This document shows, piece by piece, positions 59,300 through 64,000 of a DNA stretch of 64,000 nucleotides. Origin of the DNA: Gracilinanus agilis (Eukaryota); assembly GCF_016433145.1 (NCBI RefSeq), contig NC_058131.1, positions 528,021,569-528,085,568 of the forward strand, in the 5' to 3' direction. The first letter of the stretch is position 1. The number at the start of each line of letters is the position of its first letter. The notes under the pieces are model-generated. The model searched no databases. It saw only the letters and a program-made list of their open reading frames with translations, and was not told where the DNA came from. The translations under genes and the position numbers were made by a program.

Positions 59300-60230
59300 T
59301 CTTGATTAGAAAAATGCAAATTAAAACAGCTCTGAGGTACTATTTTACTTCTATCAGATTGGTCAATATTACAGTAAAGGAAAATGATAAAGGTTGGAGG
59401 GAATGTGCCAAAATTGGGACACTAATGCATTGCTGGAGGAATTGTGAACTGATCCAACCATTCTGAGGGCAATTTGGAACTATGCCCAAATGACTATAAA
59501 ACAATGCATGCCATTTGAATAAGTAATACCACGACTAGGTTTGTATCCCAAAGAGATTTAAAAAAAAAAAAAAAGGAGAAGAAGAAAGGACCTACTTGTA
59601 CAAAAATATTTATAGCTGCTCTTTTTGTTGTGGCAAAGAATTGGAAATTGAAGGAATGCCCATCAACTGGGGAATGGCTGAACAAAATGTGGTATATGAT
59701 GGTGATGATTCCACTATTGTGCTGTAAGGATTGAGGAGCAAGAGGATTTCAGAAAGAACTGGAAAGACCTCCATGAACTGATGCAGAGTGAAATAAGCAG
59801 AACCAGGAGAGCGCTGAATATGCTAACAGCAATATTGTGTATAGATCAATTCCACAATTAGTTTGCAACTAACAGCAACACAATGATCCAGGACAATTCT
59901 GAGGGACTTGTGAAAAAGAAAGCTATTCACCTCTAGAGAAAGAATTGTTGATGAAAGCATATGATTTATCACTTGTTTGGTTCTTTGGTATTTTGGGTTG
60001 GGGTTTTTTTTTTTTACATATGTTTTGGGGTTTTGGTTTTATAAGATTATTCACTTACAAAAATGAGCAATATGGAAATATGTTTTGCATAATACCTGCA
60101 TAACCCAGATTCATTGCTTGCCAGCTTGGGGGGGGGGGGATGGGATCACATAACTTCCAGAAACATATGTAGAAATTTGTTATTACATATAATTGGTAAA
60201 AAAAAAAAAGTTACATTACATTAAAAAAAA
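59300..60230 (+). mobile_element. L1 3' fragment (ORF2 C-terminus and 3' UTR)
   Basis: aaatgcaaattaaaac...gatccaaccattctg...tttatagctgctctttttgttgtggcaaagaattggaaa. Confidence 0.88.
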
Positions 60231-60989
60231 GAGAAGCAGAGCAGTTTTATTCCCATTTTACAGTTAAGGGAAAAAAGACTCTAGTAGGATAAGAGTTTTG
60301 CCCAAGTTCGCACCAGAAGAAACTAGAACTCAGATCATCTAACTGACTAATCCAATGTCCCCACCAGGGTGCAAATCTTTGTACAGGAAGTGAACTAAGC
60401 AAAAGGATTTATGGGGGAGAAAGGGTGCGGGCAGTGTAGAAGGGTGATATGATGTGGGTGTTTTCTGTAGGAGGGTGTAGTATGCAGTGTCAGTGATTGG
60501 GCCCAGCAACCCCTAATCTCCAGAAGGGGTAGGATAATCCCCTAGTTGAAGACACTCTCAGAGGACATCCCTCCCTCCCAGGCAATCCCTGTTAGAACCA
60601 CACCCGACATTCACTGTCAAATAGGCAGAGAAAGGGACAGAATTCTTAGTCTGACTGCTCTGCCTCTGAATTTCCTCCCATAGCTCCCTAGTACCCTCAC
60701 TTAACTGGGGCACAAAGCCCCGGGGCAGGTTATCACTTGCTGTTTGCCCAATCTTCCCACTCACAAGTGTCCAAAACGAGGTCCACCCGTCAAGTGACCA
60801 GAGTCCAAGGTGCTTTTTGATCAAAAGTGAAATTGGGTCTTCCTTCTGTGGCCCCGCAGTTCTACGGAGTTCTACGTACATATATGGAGTTATACGCAGG
60901 ACCATGGTGTAGACGTAGAGTCTAGACGCTCTGTGTTCCCTCCACTTCCCTGCTTCCTTAGCTGCTCTGGCCTCGGGTCTGAGACGGGT

Positions 60990-61126
60990 GTGGCTGGGGC
61001 GGGCTCTAGGACCCTGAGGTGCCCTGGGGCGGCTGGACACTCCTATAAGCCTCCGGCTGTCTGACAGTCCGGCACTGCTGCCACGGAGTCCAAGCCCGCA
61101 CCTGACTGGCCCGGACAGGCGTGGGG
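60990..61126 (+). promoter_or_regulatory. LTK: LTK proximal promoter
   Basis: GGGGCGG boxes near 60996 and 61026; TATAA at 61044-61048 about 80 nt before the ATG; local CpG enrichment. Confidence 0.6.

Positions 61127-64000
<2,874 letters not shown>

Noticed and set aside
60868-60930. Repeated TTCTACG/CGTAGA motifs and an RE1-like CACCATGG upstream of LTK
   Set aside because: The inverted arms are not symmetric and the REST consensus match is poor.
60558-61040. 160-aa minus-strand ORF divergent from the LTK promoter
   Set aside because: GTG start, no recognisable homology or domain, and a stop-free frame of this length is expected by chance in GC-richer DNA across six frames of 64 kb.

Overview
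Mammalian genomic DNA, almost certainly marsupial. The tRNA-derived SINEs, L1 3' ends and RTE fragments resemble Monodelphis domestica families as I recall them; no database was consulted. The window holds three protein-coding genes in the conserved TYRO3-RPAP1-LTK block. TYRO3 is on the minus strand (coding exons 1-11, continuing off the left edge). RPAP1 is on the plus strand and complete (a non-coding first exon plus 24 coding exons, 1394 aa). LTK is on the plus strand (coding exons 1-5, truncated at the right edge). All exons were placed by hand at GT-AG junctions and keep frame. The intergenic and intronic space is mostly transposons, with three retrocopies: ADA, UBE2N and 7SL RNA. The most unusual object is the ADA retrocopy. 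It sits head-to-head about 0.4 kb from the RPAP1 promoter and carries a clean 150-bp internal inversion bounded by a 4-bp inverted microhomology, so a divergent transcript would be part sense and part antisense to ADA mRNA. Also notable are a four-level nest (L2 > UBE2N retrocopy > two SINEs at one target site > hAT MITE), an overlapping uORF at the TYRO3 start, and a duplicated splice-acceptor region in TYRO3. I see no evidence of a wholly new gene system; regulatory ideas are labelled as inference.
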